From assembly GCA_963773065.1 (NCBI GenBank), contig CAVYZN010000015.1:1-49280 (forward strand): 49,280 nt of DNA, in the 5' to 3' direction. This document shows, piece by piece, positions 1 to 10,358 of the stretch (position 1 is its first letter; each line of letters opens with the position of its first letter). Both the position numbers and the translations under genes were made by a program. The DNA comes from an uncultured Gammaproteobacteria bacterium (lineage in GTDB: Bacteria; Pseudomonadota; Gammaproteobacteria; UBA9214). Below the pieces are notes generated by a model. It was not told the origin of the DNA, ran no database searches, and saw nothing but the letters and a program-made list of their open reading frames with translations.

Positions 1-40
1 ATGGCCTGTCCGGGCACTGCATGCGGACATGCGCTCAGAG

Positions 41-239
41 CTACCCCATCCGGGTTCACCGTATCCGGCAATTCCGGATGGGGTAGTCGCAGGGCATTCC
101 TGCCCAAATCACAGAATAGTCTGGCTGTTGCTGTCGATCAGATCGGTGGGGAGAATTCGTCGTACGGAAGCGATACGTGCGCAGGTGTCTGCGGCAAACC
201 ACTTACGGTCCGACCGTATCCGGCAAATCCGTAGGTGGT
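41..239. repeat. Two stem-loops (41-86, 198-239) with different stems but 20-nt loops sharing the core ACCGTATCCGGCAA
   Basis: CTACCCCATCCGG/CCGGATGGGGTAG and ACCACTTACGG/CCGTAGGTGGT arms; core at 58-71 and 213-226. Confidence 0.85.
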
Positions 240-251
240 CGTCATCACCTG

Positions 252-277
252 AAAAAAAGCCCCGCACATGGCGGGGC
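252..277 (-). terminator. Intrinsic terminator after the 289-951 gene
   Basis: GCCCCGC-catgt-GCGGGGC followed by T7 on the minus strand. Confidence 0.8.
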
Positions 278-288
278 GTTGTAATTGA

Positions 289-951
289 CTACGACTCGAT
301 GGGCCGGAATACCTCATCCAGATCGATGCGGGCCGGCTCGATATACGGCTCGACGACCCGTGCTTTTGCCTGCCTGCCATCGGATTGCGTGATGTGGCAC
401 AGATCCTCCGGCTCATAGCCATCGACGTCGTAATCGACGACGGCGACCGCCGGGGCGGCTTCGGGTTGATCGGTGATCACTGATCGCACGATGCCGCCTT
501 CCAACACGACGGCCAGGCGCGAACACCGCTTGCCGGTTTTGATGCGTGGCGGATCTTCATTGTTGCAGGCTGCCTGAAGTGCGGCCTGGTAGGCCAGATC
601 CAGTTCATCCCAGTCGATGCTGCCGCCGCGTGCTTCGCCACGACGGTATGCCTCGATCAGCAGCTTTCCCACCTGAAACGCCGCCTCACGCTGGTGATGT
701 GTGTTGACGTTCCCATACGGTTCTGGCCAGGGCTCATCCTCCGCCAGCTCCTGCTCGACGGTAACGTGCAGCGGGCTGTCGCCCTCCTCACAGTCATCGA
801 GCAGCAACGGTACCTCCTCGCTGTCCTGCATGATGTCGCCCTGGTCGAACAAGGCCTCGGCCTTCCTGATGGCTTCATCCGAGCTGGCGGCCTCGATGCC
901 GACCCTGACCCGCTGCACGTAAGGCAATGTGTATTGAACAACGTATTTCAT
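289..951 (-). CDS. ICE hypothetical protein
   Basis: 220-aa acidic ORF, AAGGAG RBS, downstream terminator. Confidence 0.75.
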   Translation of the reverse strand: MKYVVQYTLPYVQRVRVGIEAASSDEAIRKAEALFDQGDIMQDSEEVPLLLDDCEEGDSPLHVTVEQELAEDEPWPEPYGNVNTHHQREAAFQVGKLLIEAYRRGEARGGSIDWDELDLAYQAALQAACNNEDPPRIKTGKRCSRLAVVLEGGIVRSVITDQPEAAPAVAVVDYDVDGYEPEDLCHITQSDGRQAKARVVEPYIEPARIDLDEVFRPIES

Positions 952-984
952 AATGATCTCCTTGTGGTTGGTGAATTGGAGAGA

Positions 985-1025
985 CCATCACCCACCGGGG
1001 AGAGAGTCTCCCCGATGGGTGATGG
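985..1025 (-). promoter_or_regulatory. Leader hairpin, copy A (similar copies at ~1554-1587, ~2156-2191, ~2680-2707)
   Basis: CCATCACCCA-CGGGGAGA...TCTCCCCG-TGGGTGATGG inverted repeat; related hairpins precede four consecutive ICE genes. Confidence 0.65.
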
Positions 1026-1081
1026 CGATGCACTCAAGTCATCGACTTGATGCGCTGAAAGAACGGCACGGGAACCTTGCT

Positions 1082-1510
1082 TCAGTCCTCATGCGGCAGC
1101 AGGATGGTGAGCACCGGCTCGCCGGCATCACCCGGTCCGACGATGAGTTTCAACGTGACCAGCACCGCTTCTGTCGAATGCCCGTCACGCGGCACCCGGT
1201 AGAGCTGGAACAACAGCCGGTCACCGGACTCCTTGCTGCTCCGAATGGCGTGAGAGGCCATGTAGAGCACATCCCACAACCGCCCGGATTGATCCTGAGG
1301 GACCTGGTGATCACTGTCGTCCTCGGACCAGGCCACGCAATCGGCCCAGGCGGCGGTGGTCAGAGCAACCGGCCATTTGAAACCGGCCTCCCTGGCCATG
1401 GTACCCGCGTCGATCAGGACACCGTCCTCGATGGCCTGAGCACGGGTGTAGGTGGAAATGACGTTACCGAAAAAGGATTCGGCAGCGTGTTCATTTGAGG
1501 CATTACACAT
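1082..1510 (-). CDS. ICE/plasmid conserved protein (DUF6573-like)
   Basis: YTRAQAIEDGVLID...QDQSGRLWDVL...GPGDAGEPVLTILLPHED; AAGGAG RBS before ATG at 1510. Confidence 0.75.
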   Translation of the reverse strand: MCNASNEHAAESFFGNVISTYTRAQAIEDGVLIDAGTMAREAGFKWPVALTTAAWADCVAWSEDDSDHQVPQDQSGRLWDVLYMASHAIRSSKESGDRLLFQLYRVPRDGHSTEAVLVTLKLIVGPGDAGEPVLTILLPHED

Positions 1511-1610
1511 GGTGGTTCTCCTTTGTGGAAATGACACCGGGTCACACCTCCTTCCCTGTCGGGGAAGAAACGGCTTCCCCGGCAGGGTGGGTAAAAAGAA
1601 TCGACGACGG

Positions 1611-2127
1611 TCAGAGCAAGTCCCCGTTCGGCGAACGACACAGACTCGCCGCCCGAGACCACGAAGTGGTCGAGCACCCGCACATCGACCAGCGCGAGGG
1701 CATCGCGCAACCGGCGGGTGAGCATCTCATCCGCGCGGCTGGGCTCCGCAACCCCCGAGGGGTGGTTGTGGAAGAACACCAGGGCGGCGGCGTTCACCTC
1801 CAGGGCCTGTTGCACCACGACCCGCGGATGGACCGAGGCGCCGTCGATGGTGCCCTGGAACAGCTCGCGCATGACGATGATCCGGTGCCGGTTGTCGAGA
1901 AACAGACTGCCGAACACTTCGTTGCGGTAGTCTGCCAGCTTCAACCGCAGGTAGGTTCGCGTCTCGTCCGGATTGCTAAAGACACACCCGGCGCGAAACT
2001 TGAACGCCAGCACCTTGGTCGCCAGGGTCACGATGGAACGCTTCTCCCGTTCGTTGAGTTCCGAGGGCTTCAGACCGGTGAACCGGTCCTCCGCCTCCGT
2101 TACGTTGACTGCTTCCTCTTGCTTCAT
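1611..2127 (-). CDS. radC: RadC/JAB-domain protein; a probable 1-bp indel just before the natural stop makes the ORF track read through to 1414
   Basis: ELFQGTIDGASVHPR, HNHPSGVAEPSRAD, VLDHFVV, SFAERGL; TGA one base out of frame at 1611-1613. Confidence 0.88.
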
Positions 2128-2231
2128 GACTGATCTCCTCAAAGTAACGTGGGAGACCAGTCCCCCGGGGGATGATCCCCCGTTGGGTTGGAAGGTGGCC
2201 GGGTAACTGGGTTACCCGGCCGGTGGTGGAG

Positions 2232-2636
2232 TTACGCCGCGTCGTCTTGCGCGGTATAGAACGGCTGCCCGTCGACCTTGGCCCAGGCAATGCGCAGGAG
2301 CCGAGCCTTCAGGCTGACACCGGTCTCGCCGGCCTTGTCACCGCTCTTGAAGGTGAAGGCTTCCGCATAGAGATCACTCAACGTGAACCCGAGCAGCACC
2401 TTCGCTTTGCCCTCGACGGCAGGCTTCAGCTGACGCACGACCTCCTGCGCCTGCTTGCCGGACACGCGACACTCGAACGGCGTGTACTGGGCGTTGTCGA
2501 CGCTGCCCCGCAGGGCCGCGAGGGTGACACTCAGAAACGGTTTCCCGTCCTTGGGCGTCACCTGCCGGATACGGTTGAGATAACCGAGTCCGGTGGTGTG
2601 AAGATCGAAATACTTGGTGGTTTCGTTCGTTGACAT
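2232..2636 (-). CDS. DUF3577 / STY4534-family ICE protein
   Basis: KYFDLHTTGLGYLNRIR...SLKARLLRI. Confidence 0.8.
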   Translation of the reverse strand: MSTNETTKYFDLHTTGLGYLNRIRQVTPKDGKPFLSVTLAALRGSVDNAQYTPFECRVSGKQAQEVVRQLKPAVEGKAKVLLGFTLSDLYAEAFTFKSGDKAGETGVSLKARLLRIAWAKVDGQPFYTAQDDAA

Positions 2637-2860
2637 AGCGCTTGCTCCTTCAGGTTGAGGTCAACCGGAGCAAGCGCTTCCCTGGCGGGAGGGCTTCCCC
2701 GGCAGGGTGATCGGAAGGGAAACGGGTTCCCGTCCGTTGAAGATGGACCGACGGCAATTGATTGAGAACTTGCCGCTGTGCACCGATTGCACGGTCCGAC
2801 GGTGCCTCGATTGTCACTGAACCGCAGTGACCACGGATAAAACCGGTAGGGTTGATGCGT

Positions 2861-3884
2861 TCAGGCCGCATCGGAGGCCTCGCAGACATAGCGCAGGTAT
2901 TTCAGCATGCCGCGGGCATTGGCGAAGGCCGGGTGGGCGGCGATGGCCTGATGCGGGAACCAGTTGGCGATATGCTCGGCCAGGGCGACGGTCCCGCCGC
3001 CCACGAACAGCACGCGATCCAGTTCCACGCCGAGACCCAACTGCCGGCGGGTTTCCGCGTGGATGCGTTCCACCACCTCGCGCTTGGCGGCCTCGACCAG
3101 GGCCGCGATGTCATGGTCCTTGCCGCGCAGCCGCACGATTTTGCTCTCAACGGCCTGGGCGACGAGCTGTTCGCTCACGACCTCCAGATCGAAGCGTTCC
3201 TGGATGCCGTTGGTGACGATGTGTTTCACGTCCAGCATGCCGCACTGCAGGGAACCGGACGAGCCATGCAGGATGCCCTGGTTCTTGACCACCACGTAAT
3301 CCGTGGTGCGTCCGCCGATATCGACGATCGCGACCGGCACGGCGACACGGTCCGCCTCCAGGGTGACGCCATCGCCCTGTTCGACGATCACATCGTCATA
3401 CCAGGCGGCCAGCGCCTCCGGGATCACCTCATGGAAGGCGATGCCGGCCGGCAGCGCACCCGACAGCGGTCGAACCGCCTGCTTGAGGCTGTCGCGCTTT
3501 TTGGCAATGGTTTCCTGCCGGTGTTCGCCGCTCTTGCGGTAGAAGGCGCTGACCGGCAGGCCGGAGACGGCATGCACGGTCCGGCCCGCGAGGCCGGCCT
3601 GTTGCAGCGCGTGTTGCACGATGGCGCGGTTGAGACCCGACCACGGGATAGCCCTCGAAATGGGTCGGTGCGCCATCGACGGCGCCGACCGCGTACACCG
3701 CCTCTTCCGTCTCGTACTCGAAGATGCGCTGCTGGCTCGGGTCAATCCAGGTCACCCCGGACTGCCCAATGCGGGCGCGCGAGGGAATGACGATCAGCCG
3801 TCCGTCCGGGAGCGCCACCTTGGTGTAGGCATAGCCATCATCGAGGCCCACCGGGACGGGGGTCATGGAGGAAGCGTCGGTCAT
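2861..3884 (-). CDS. ParM/StbA-family actin-like partition ATPase, frameshift near 3650
   Basis: VGLDDGYAYTKV in one frame; SGLP, PEALAA, VDIGGRTTD, VLFVGGG, FANARG in the other. Confidence 0.85.
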
Positions 3885-4048
3885 GTGTGTTGGGTCCTCT
3901 GGTTCGTTCGTTTCGATCACGTCGCCGGGCTGCCCTACCCGATCACCTTGCCCAGGGCGGCGAAGGGTTTGCTGGTCGTCGTGGCGTGCGCGCATTCCGT
4001 CAGTACAGAGCGTCCCGGCGCGGCTCAGCAGTCGACGGTTTTTGTGCC

Positions 4049-4282
4049 TTACCCGTCCTGCCAGTTTGGTGAATGCCATTGTCGGGCGGCGTGCTTTGCC
4101 TTATCCGGCGCACCGCGCAATGCCTGACACTCGGCACGAAACCCCTGCACCAGCAGTCCGCGCAGCCACTCTTGCCGGCGGCTCAATGGAATACGTTCCA
4201 GCCGGTTCAGGAGGATCGCCTCCAGTGCCACGCGGGGATCGAGTTGTATAACGACTCGGTACCCGGGTTTCGTCTTAGCCAT
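4049..4282 (-). CDS. Small protein upstream of ParM, possible ParR-like adaptor; the 3' end may be frameshifted
   Basis: Position and RRQEWLRGLLVQGF helix; function inferred. Confidence 0.45.
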   Translation of the reverse strand: MAKTKPGYRVVIQLDPRVALEAILLNRLERIPLSRRQEWLRGLLVQGFRAECQALRGAPDKAKHAARQWHSPNWQDG

Positions 4283-4363
4283 CGACGTGTGGTCTCATTG
4301 GCAGCAGACTTGGAAATGGATTATGCGAACGGTGTGACGACTCGCCAGCGAAAACCCGACACC

Positions 4364-5164
4364 CTAGCCGTCGGGGTTTTCGACTTCGGAGGTCTTCATC
4401 TGGGTTGCCGGTGATGTGGGATGCAATCCGACGTGCCCGGTAACCGCAGATGGGAATTTCACCTTGCGTGGTACCAGGGGCGCCTGGCGTTCGCCGCTCA
4501 GGATAGCCTCGGGCACCTCGCCCATGGCCTGGCGGGCCTCGTGACTTTTGCCTGATTGCTTGCGCACCGCTTCCCGATCAATCTTCAGCAACCGGTAGCC
4601 TTGGGGGAGCATGAAGAGTGCGCGCAGCTTACGTGCGCACGCCTGCTGCACCTGCACGTACGCCGCGCCATCCAGCAGCCCGATGTGGCGGGCCGTCAGT
4701 GCCGTGCAGACCAGCTGGTCGTAGCTGGCCACGAGCTGGGCAGCGCGGTAGGCATACGGGTTGGCAAATTGCAGTTGAACCCGGTAGGGGTGCTGCGACG
4801 CCGCCACATTCACCTCCATGCCGGTCATCTGTTCCAGGTGTTTGTCCAGTTCCACCTGTCGGTGGCGGATAAACGTCTCGTTGGCCTCGATGGCCTCATG
4901 AACCTTGATGAGCCACCAGTCCGCATAGGGATCATCACGCCGCGCCGCCAGCCAGATCACCCGCAGCCGATCGGCAAAGCCGATCAGGCCGATGATGGCG
5001 GGTTTATCGGGGGTGCCCGCACGACCGTGAATGAGTTGCTGCGCCTGGCTTGTCTGGACGGTTAACCAGACCTGACCACTGGAGTGCGCCGGGCTTCTCC
5101 GGCTGGCCTGGATCGCTCGACAAGATTCGTGGGCGTTTGGATCAGCAAAGGGATCTGTCTGCAT
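4364..5164 (-). CDS. PFL_4669/TIGR03761 (AcaB-like) ICE protein
   Basis: IIGLIGF...DDPYADWWL...FANPYAYRAAQLVASYD. Confidence 0.8.
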   Translation of the reverse strand: MQTDPFADPNAHESCRAIQASRRSPAHSSGQVWLTVQTSQAQQLIHGRAGTPDKPAIIGLIGFADRLRVIWLAARRDDPYADWWLIKVHEAIEANETFIRHRQVELDKHLEQMTGMEVNVAASQHPYRVQLQFANPYAYRAAQLVASYDQLVCTALTARHIGLLDGAAYVQVQQACARKLRALFMLPQGYRLLKIDREAVRKQSGKSHEARQAMGEVPEAILSGERQAPLVPRKVKFPSAVTGHVGLHPTSPATQMKTSEVENPDG

Positions 5165-5370
5165 TCATGGCGCTATTGAGCCCATGGCCTGTGGCACTGC
5201 CAAGTGACAATCCCTTCTCGTAACCGTCGTCGTTTTCAGCGCGCAGCACGAGGTATTACGCGTGCTTGAGGTGTTGATGTGTCGTAGCAGTGCTCAACCC
5301 GTGGGGTGTCGATATTCGACACCCTCGCGCATCCTGTCGGGGTGCTGCCCCGGGCAGCACCCTATCGGGA

Positions 5371-6650
5371 TTAACTTTCGTCGGTAATGCCTTGATTTTC
5401 CGTTGGCGCCCTCATACCCAGCAGCTTCCGCATGTTGGCAATCTCTGCCTGGCTGACCGCCGTTCGCCGTTGCCGCTGCGCAGCGGTCTGCCGCTCGGGT
5501 GGTGACACGTTCGGCGCAAGCCCTTTTGGATCCGGCGTTTCCTCTCCACGGCGTCCCTCTCGTACGTTGATCCCCAGGTTGGGCTGAAATTTCCCATGCC
5601 GCATCTGCTTACAGAGCGAGTGCAGGAAGCTGATCGCGTCATACACCGGCTGCATGCCCTTCGCTTCCGCCCGCAAGCGGCCTTCCAGCTCATCGAGGAC
5701 GGGTTGGCGCTGTTCCGGGGCCAGCGTGCTGAGATAGCGAGCGGCGATTTCACGGTGGTTGTCGCTAGAGCCGTGCCGGGTAGACCAGGGGCTGCTGGTT
5801 TTCCCCGGTGAGTACAAAATTCGACAGCTCCCCGCTTGGGGTTGTAGTAGTAGTTTTATTTATATAACTACTACTACTCGGTGTCGATTTTTGCGCGCTC
5901 GAATTTTGCACACGGCTTTCCACCGTGTTCGAATTTTGGTCATGGTGAAGGCCACCTTTCTGGCTGCCGCGTGCGTCAGTGCGCAACTGCTTGACCACCT
6001 TGTGGGTGAAGGAGAAGAAACGCCGCGGCCGCTCGCCGCGCTCGGCCACCAGGCTTTGCACCCGCCGCTCGATCGGGTGGGGTTGCGCACACAAGGTCCT
6101 CGCCGTCCTGAAGGTCCTCAGCGATGGAATCGAGCACACCCTGGGCAACGGCACGGACCCGGGCATGGCCATGACCCGTCGCCTGCCCCAGGAACGCCAT
6201 ATAGTGGGCATCGAGATGCAACGCATCGGCGAGCGGCAGGGGTTCGTCATGCAGGGCATAGACGTGACCGTGAAACCGGCCACCGGCTCCGCGTACCTGG
6301 GCGCACAGGGTCAGCCAGCGGGTGGCGCGCAGGATGGCGATGGCCCGGGCGATGGTGGAGCGGGAGGACACATTGGCCAGCCGGCCGATGGCGTCGTGGC
6401 CGGGAAACGCCGTATTGCCACCGGTCTCGCCGGCCGCGAGCATAATGACCATCCACACCAGCTTGTCGACCGGTTCGAGCACCGGGTCTTTGACCATCGC
6501 GGTCGGAAACGCCTGGTGCCGGTTCCCGAGGAAGACCATGCGGTCCGTCGGACCCTGGCCGGCGGAGGCCTCGGTCCTGGCGATGACCGCCCGGATCAGG
6601 GTATCGAGGGCGAGCGTCTCCGAGCGCAGGGGGACGGGGACTTCATTCAT
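5371..6650 (-). CDS. STY4528-family HTH replication protein split by about two frameshifts
   Basis: FLGNRHQAFP...DPVLEPVDK, ILRATRWLTLC, YALHDEPLPLADALHLD, Ser/Thr-rich linker, C-terminal QRQPVLDELEGR spread over three ORFs. Confidence 0.75.
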
Positions 6651-7258
6651 GGGTTCCCGGAGGGCACAGCCTCCTCATCGAGCGGACCGTTCAGGTTGCC
6701 GTACTGCGCCCAGCGTTGCGTCAGGCCCCAGATGGCGCGCAGCGACAGGCCGGTTTCCGCCTGGATCGCCAGATACTGTTCCGGTGTCAGTAACCCGGAT
6801 TCCTCACCGTCTACTCGACTGGACCAGGCGTCCCAGAGCCGGTGCGAACTCGCCTCGTCCAGTTCGGGTGGCCGGCCAATGGAGGGATCGACTAACAGGA
6901 GGCGGCGCAACCGGGTGTAGTCACGCGGATTGAGCCCAAACAAGACCTGCATCATCTCCTGGGGGGCATCGGCCACGATCAGCGTCTGCAGCGTGTCTTC
7001 CAGCGCGCGCTGCTCGCTCAGATGTTCGATCATGGGCCAGTACACCTGCCGGTTGAGTGCAATCTCCAGGCAGTGCGCACGCAGGGATTCGATCCGGTAG
7101 AGATCCGCGACCCGCATCTCACGCAGGGCCTCGATTTCTTTGATGCCGAAGTTCATGTGACGTAACGCCGCCTGGTCACCCTCGGCCAGACAGCGCATGG
7201 CGTACATCAGTACCGCCGTGATCAGGTCGGCTTCCTTGGTCCCCTCCATCGCCGTCAC
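6647..7258 (-). CDS. DUF2857 (STY4526/YPO1902-like) ICE protein
   Basis: CLAEGDQAALRHMNF, MMQVLFGL...RLRRLL...GRPP. Confidence 0.78.
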   Translation of the reverse strand: MTAMEGTKEADLITAVLMYAMRCLAEGDQAALRHMNFGIKEIEALREMRVADLYRIESLRAHCLEIALNRQVYWPMIEHLSEQRALEDTLQTLIVADAPQEMMQVLFGLNPRDYTRLRRLLLVDPSIGRPPELDEASSHRLWDAWSSRVDGEESGLLTPEQYLAIQAETGLSLRAIWGLTQRWAQYGNLNGPLDEEAVPSGNP

Positions 7259-8848
7259 TCCCAGATGGCCGTACCGGTTTCGGCGGCCAGGTGACGGATA
7301 CGCCGGTAGGTATCCATGAGCGTGAGCAGATCACGCCAGTCCCGGTCAGGGAGTGGACGCCACAGACGATAGCCGGTGTGACCGGGATCCAGCGTCCAGA
7401 TACTGCTGAAGAGCAGTTCGGCATCCTCCTCTTCCAGGGCACGGCGGAGCACGGAATCGGCCGGCAGCAGCGGGCACGATGGCTGCAAGCGGTGCATACG
7501 TCATTTCCGAACACGCGGCGAGCTGCCACCAGAGCATGCAGACCTGGGCCAGCGCCTCCTCGTCGAGCTGATCCGCCAAGACGGGGTCGGGTACGTCACG
7601 CAACACAAAACCGAGTCCCTTGCCCGACAACGGCACGACCAGATCCCCGATGCCATTGCGTTGCGCCAGGCGTGCCGCCAAGGTCCAGGCTCTGCCCGCG
7701 CAAGGACTTCAGGTCCGTCGGTGCGGAATGGCCGGCGTCAATCAGGGATTCGGGAACATCGGCAACGGGGTCATTCCCGATGGCTCCTGTGGTTGAGTGA
7801 GTGTGGGTCGCGGGTCTACGGGCGCTGCATCCGCCCGGTTGAACCCGGTTCATCCGCTCATGGTAGTGAACCATCCTCCGTCATCGGCTCGTCATCGGTA
7901 TGACCCTTCGTCCGATGTCACCGAGCGCTCTCCGTCGACCGTCATTGACGTCGTTCGGGATCGGGGTGGTTCTTTGATCGGCACGAACTCCGGGATAACC
8001 ACTTCCCGTCCTTTCATCTCGGTCTCGAGCGCCACGCGGATGGTATGCACGCTGGTCTCGGCTTCCTCGGCAATCTCCGTCTCGATGGCAACCTGCAAGA
8101 GATCGGTATCCCACTCCGGTCCGTCGTAACGGCGGCACAACGCAGCGAACACCTCATCGAACGCACTGTCACCGCCCGAACAATCGGCGTGCCAAAGCGA
8201 CCTGGCCGCCCGTTCCAGCGCCCGCATCCGCTCGATCTGCCGCCTTCCCATGCCCGCTTCGAGCGCCTGTGGAATCAACTCCAGCAACCTCTCAACGGCA
8301 TATTCCATGAGACAGAGGCTGGTATTGCTGATGCGGTATCCCGCTTTTCCAAGCTCGGTCTCGAGCCTTCTGCAGGGATATCATTGAGCACCCAGCTCCG
8401 TGGCGAACACGTGCCTTGCATCGAGGACCGCCCGCGCCTTGTCGATAAAGGTGAGATTGCCGCGCAGGTCGTTTTCCCGCAGATGGGCGAGCAGCACATC
8501 CGATTCACGACGCCAGGGCCTGAACACACACGTGAATCCGCGCGAACCGTTCATCACCGGTTTCCTCATACAGTTCTTTCAGAATCAGCAGGCGCGTATT
8601 GCCGCCGGCATGCACGATATAGTCGGTGGCGCCGGGCCGTTGCGTAATCACCAACGGTTGATCCAAACCCTGGCTGCGGATCGAATCCTTGATCCGGTCG
8701 TATTCGGGATTGCGGCCCTGCCGCGGGTTGCGTTCGTAGGGCTGGATGCGGGCGATGTCGACGCTGCGGGGAGCGGACGCTGCACTGTCTTCAACCATGC
8801 GGCGGTACCGACGACAGCGGTGGGTGGTAGCGGTGCTTTCCGGGCCAT
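7255..8848 (-). CDS. parB: PFGI-1-class ParB-family protein (TIGR03764-like) fragmented by several frameshifts
   Basis: PYERNPR..RNPEYDRIKDSIRSQGLDQP...ITQRPG...GGNTRL; HLRENDLRGNLTFIDKA; MEYAVERLL...GMGRRQIE across successive ORFs. Confidence 0.78.
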
Positions 8849-8851
8849 CGA

Positions 8852-9103
8852 TTAGCCTCCGAGGAGTCCGGCGAAAATTTCGGGATGGCGCACGAGGCTT
8901 TCCCGCGGCACGAGTTCCAGCCGTCCCCCGGAGTGGGCCGCCACCTGCCGGCTGACCTGCTCGATGCGGGTCGCCAGCTGGGGGCTGGCGTGGCGATGCT
9001 GGCCGGCAAGCTGATAGAGGTAGGCGACGGAGTGGTTGCAGACGCTCGCCAGCTCGGTGCGTTCGCGCTTGGTGGCGCGTTTCAAGAAGGTCCTTAGCTT
9101 CAT
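8852..9103 (-). CDS. Cro/YdaS-like HTH regulator
   Basis: ELASVCNHSVAYLYQLAGQHRHASPQLATRIE; divergent from the cI-like gene. Confidence 0.8.
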   Translation of the reverse strand: MKLRTFLKRATKRERTELASVCNHSVAYLYQLAGQHRHASPQLATRIEQVSRQVAAHSGGRLELVPRESLVRHPEIFAGLLGG

Positions 9104-9159
9104 GCGGGCGCACCTTAGCAGCGCGCATCCATGCCATCAAGCAAATCTACCAACAATTT

Positions 9160-9177
9160 ATTTATCCATGTGCTAAA
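9160..9177. promoter_or_regulatory. Candidate CI operator ATTTATCCATGTGCTAAA; second copy at 9999-10016
   Basis: 17/18 identical imperfect palindrome at both sites. Confidence 0.6.
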
Positions 9178-9198
9178 TTATCTGCTATAGTCAACGCC

Positions 9199-9888
9199 AT
9201 GACACGCCTCCCGGAGCAAATCCGCCTGAATAACCTCGAACTTCTCATTGCCGAGGCCGGTTCGGCCGTCAAATTGGCGCGCCGTGTCGGCACCAACAGT
9301 TCCTATCTCAGCCAGGTCCGGCGCCGGATGCCGACCCAACGGGGCACACCCCGCGGCATCGGTGACGATCTGGCCGGGAAACTGGAACAGGGGATGGGCA
9401 AGACCGCGGGCTGGATGGATGAACCCCATCGGGCGGAATGGAGCCAAGCGAACCTCGCCGCAAAGGACGCCAACGTGCACCTTGGCCCGGATCTTCGCAG
9501 CCTCCACCCGGTCATCTCCTGGGTGCAAGCGGGTGCCTGGAGGGACATCGCCGACGGTTACCAGCCGCAGGCCGGCGATGAGTGGCTTCCCTGCCCGGTA
9601 ACCTGCAGCCAGGACACCTATGTCCTGCGGGTGCATGGCATCAGCATGGAGCCCAAGTTCCACGACGGTGACTTGATCTTCGTCGACCCCCAAGTCGAGC
9701 CGGTCAGCGGTAAGTACGTGGTCGTCATGCTGGAAGATACCGCGGAGGCGACCTTCAAACAGCTGATCATCGAGGGCGGGCATCAGTATCTCAAGGCCCT
9801 GAATCCCGAGTGGCCGAACCGCATCATCGAGGTCAAGCAGAACGCCCGGATCTGTGGCGTCGTGGTATTCAAGGGCGAGATGGTTTAG
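9199..9888 (+). CDS. CI/LexA-like repressor with S24 autopeptidase domain
   Basis: N-terminal HTH, VQAG cleavage motif, LRVHGISMEP, EATFKQL. Confidence 0.92.
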   Translation: MTRLPEQIRLNNLELLIAEAGSAVKLARRVGTNSSYLSQVRRRMPTQRGTPRGIGDDLAGKLEQGMGKTAGWMDEPHRAEWSQANLAAKDANVHLGPDLRSLHPVISWVQAGAWRDIADGYQPQAGDEWLPCPVTCSQDTYVLRVHGISMEPKFHDGDLIFVDPQVEPVSGKYVVVMLEDTAEATFKQLIIEGGHQYLKALNPEWPNRIIEVKQNARICGVVVFKGEMV

Positions 9889-10129
9889 ACGTATAACTAC
9901 ATAATCGTAATAACTAACTGCTTGTTTCAAGATCATCCCATCAATGCAGGGGCAACCTTCCCCGACTCGTTTATTAAAGCAACCATAGTTCATCAGGGAT
10001 TTATCCATCTGCTAAACATTTTCTTTTGCGTGGCAAATTTTCGATGTGGTAATGTTTTTAGCGCGAAGCAGATTAACTGTATCCAAAACACTCGCAGTAA
10101 TGAGGTATGAAGGCTGCCGGCCGTGCATC

Positions 10130-10348
10130 ATGATCTTGACGTCTGAACAACTTGCTGACTTGACAGATAAAAAAAGGTCAGGTGATCAAATAGCCTGGCT
10201 GGTTGAACATGGCTACCGATTCGAGATAAGCGCCGCGGGGCGCCCCAAAGTGCTGTTGAAGGAAGTCGAAGGAAAGATGTTAAGCCCTGAATGCAAAACG
10301 AGAACAAGGAAATCGGCACCTGACTTTGCAGTAATAAACACAAATTGA
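10130..10348 (+). CDS. DUF4224 excisionase-like protein
   Basis: LTSEQLADLT..KR...QIAWL..HGYRF....AGRPKV, directly before the integrase. Confidence 0.78.
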   Translation: MILTSEQLADLTDKKRSGDQIAWLVEHGYRFEISAAGRPKVLLKEVEGKMLSPECKTRTRKSAPDFAVINTN

Positions 10349-10358
10349 GTATGCTTCG

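Noticed and set aside
1414-1610. RadC C-terminal extension overlapping the next gene
   Set aside because: Explained by a 1-bp indel before the usual GLL* end
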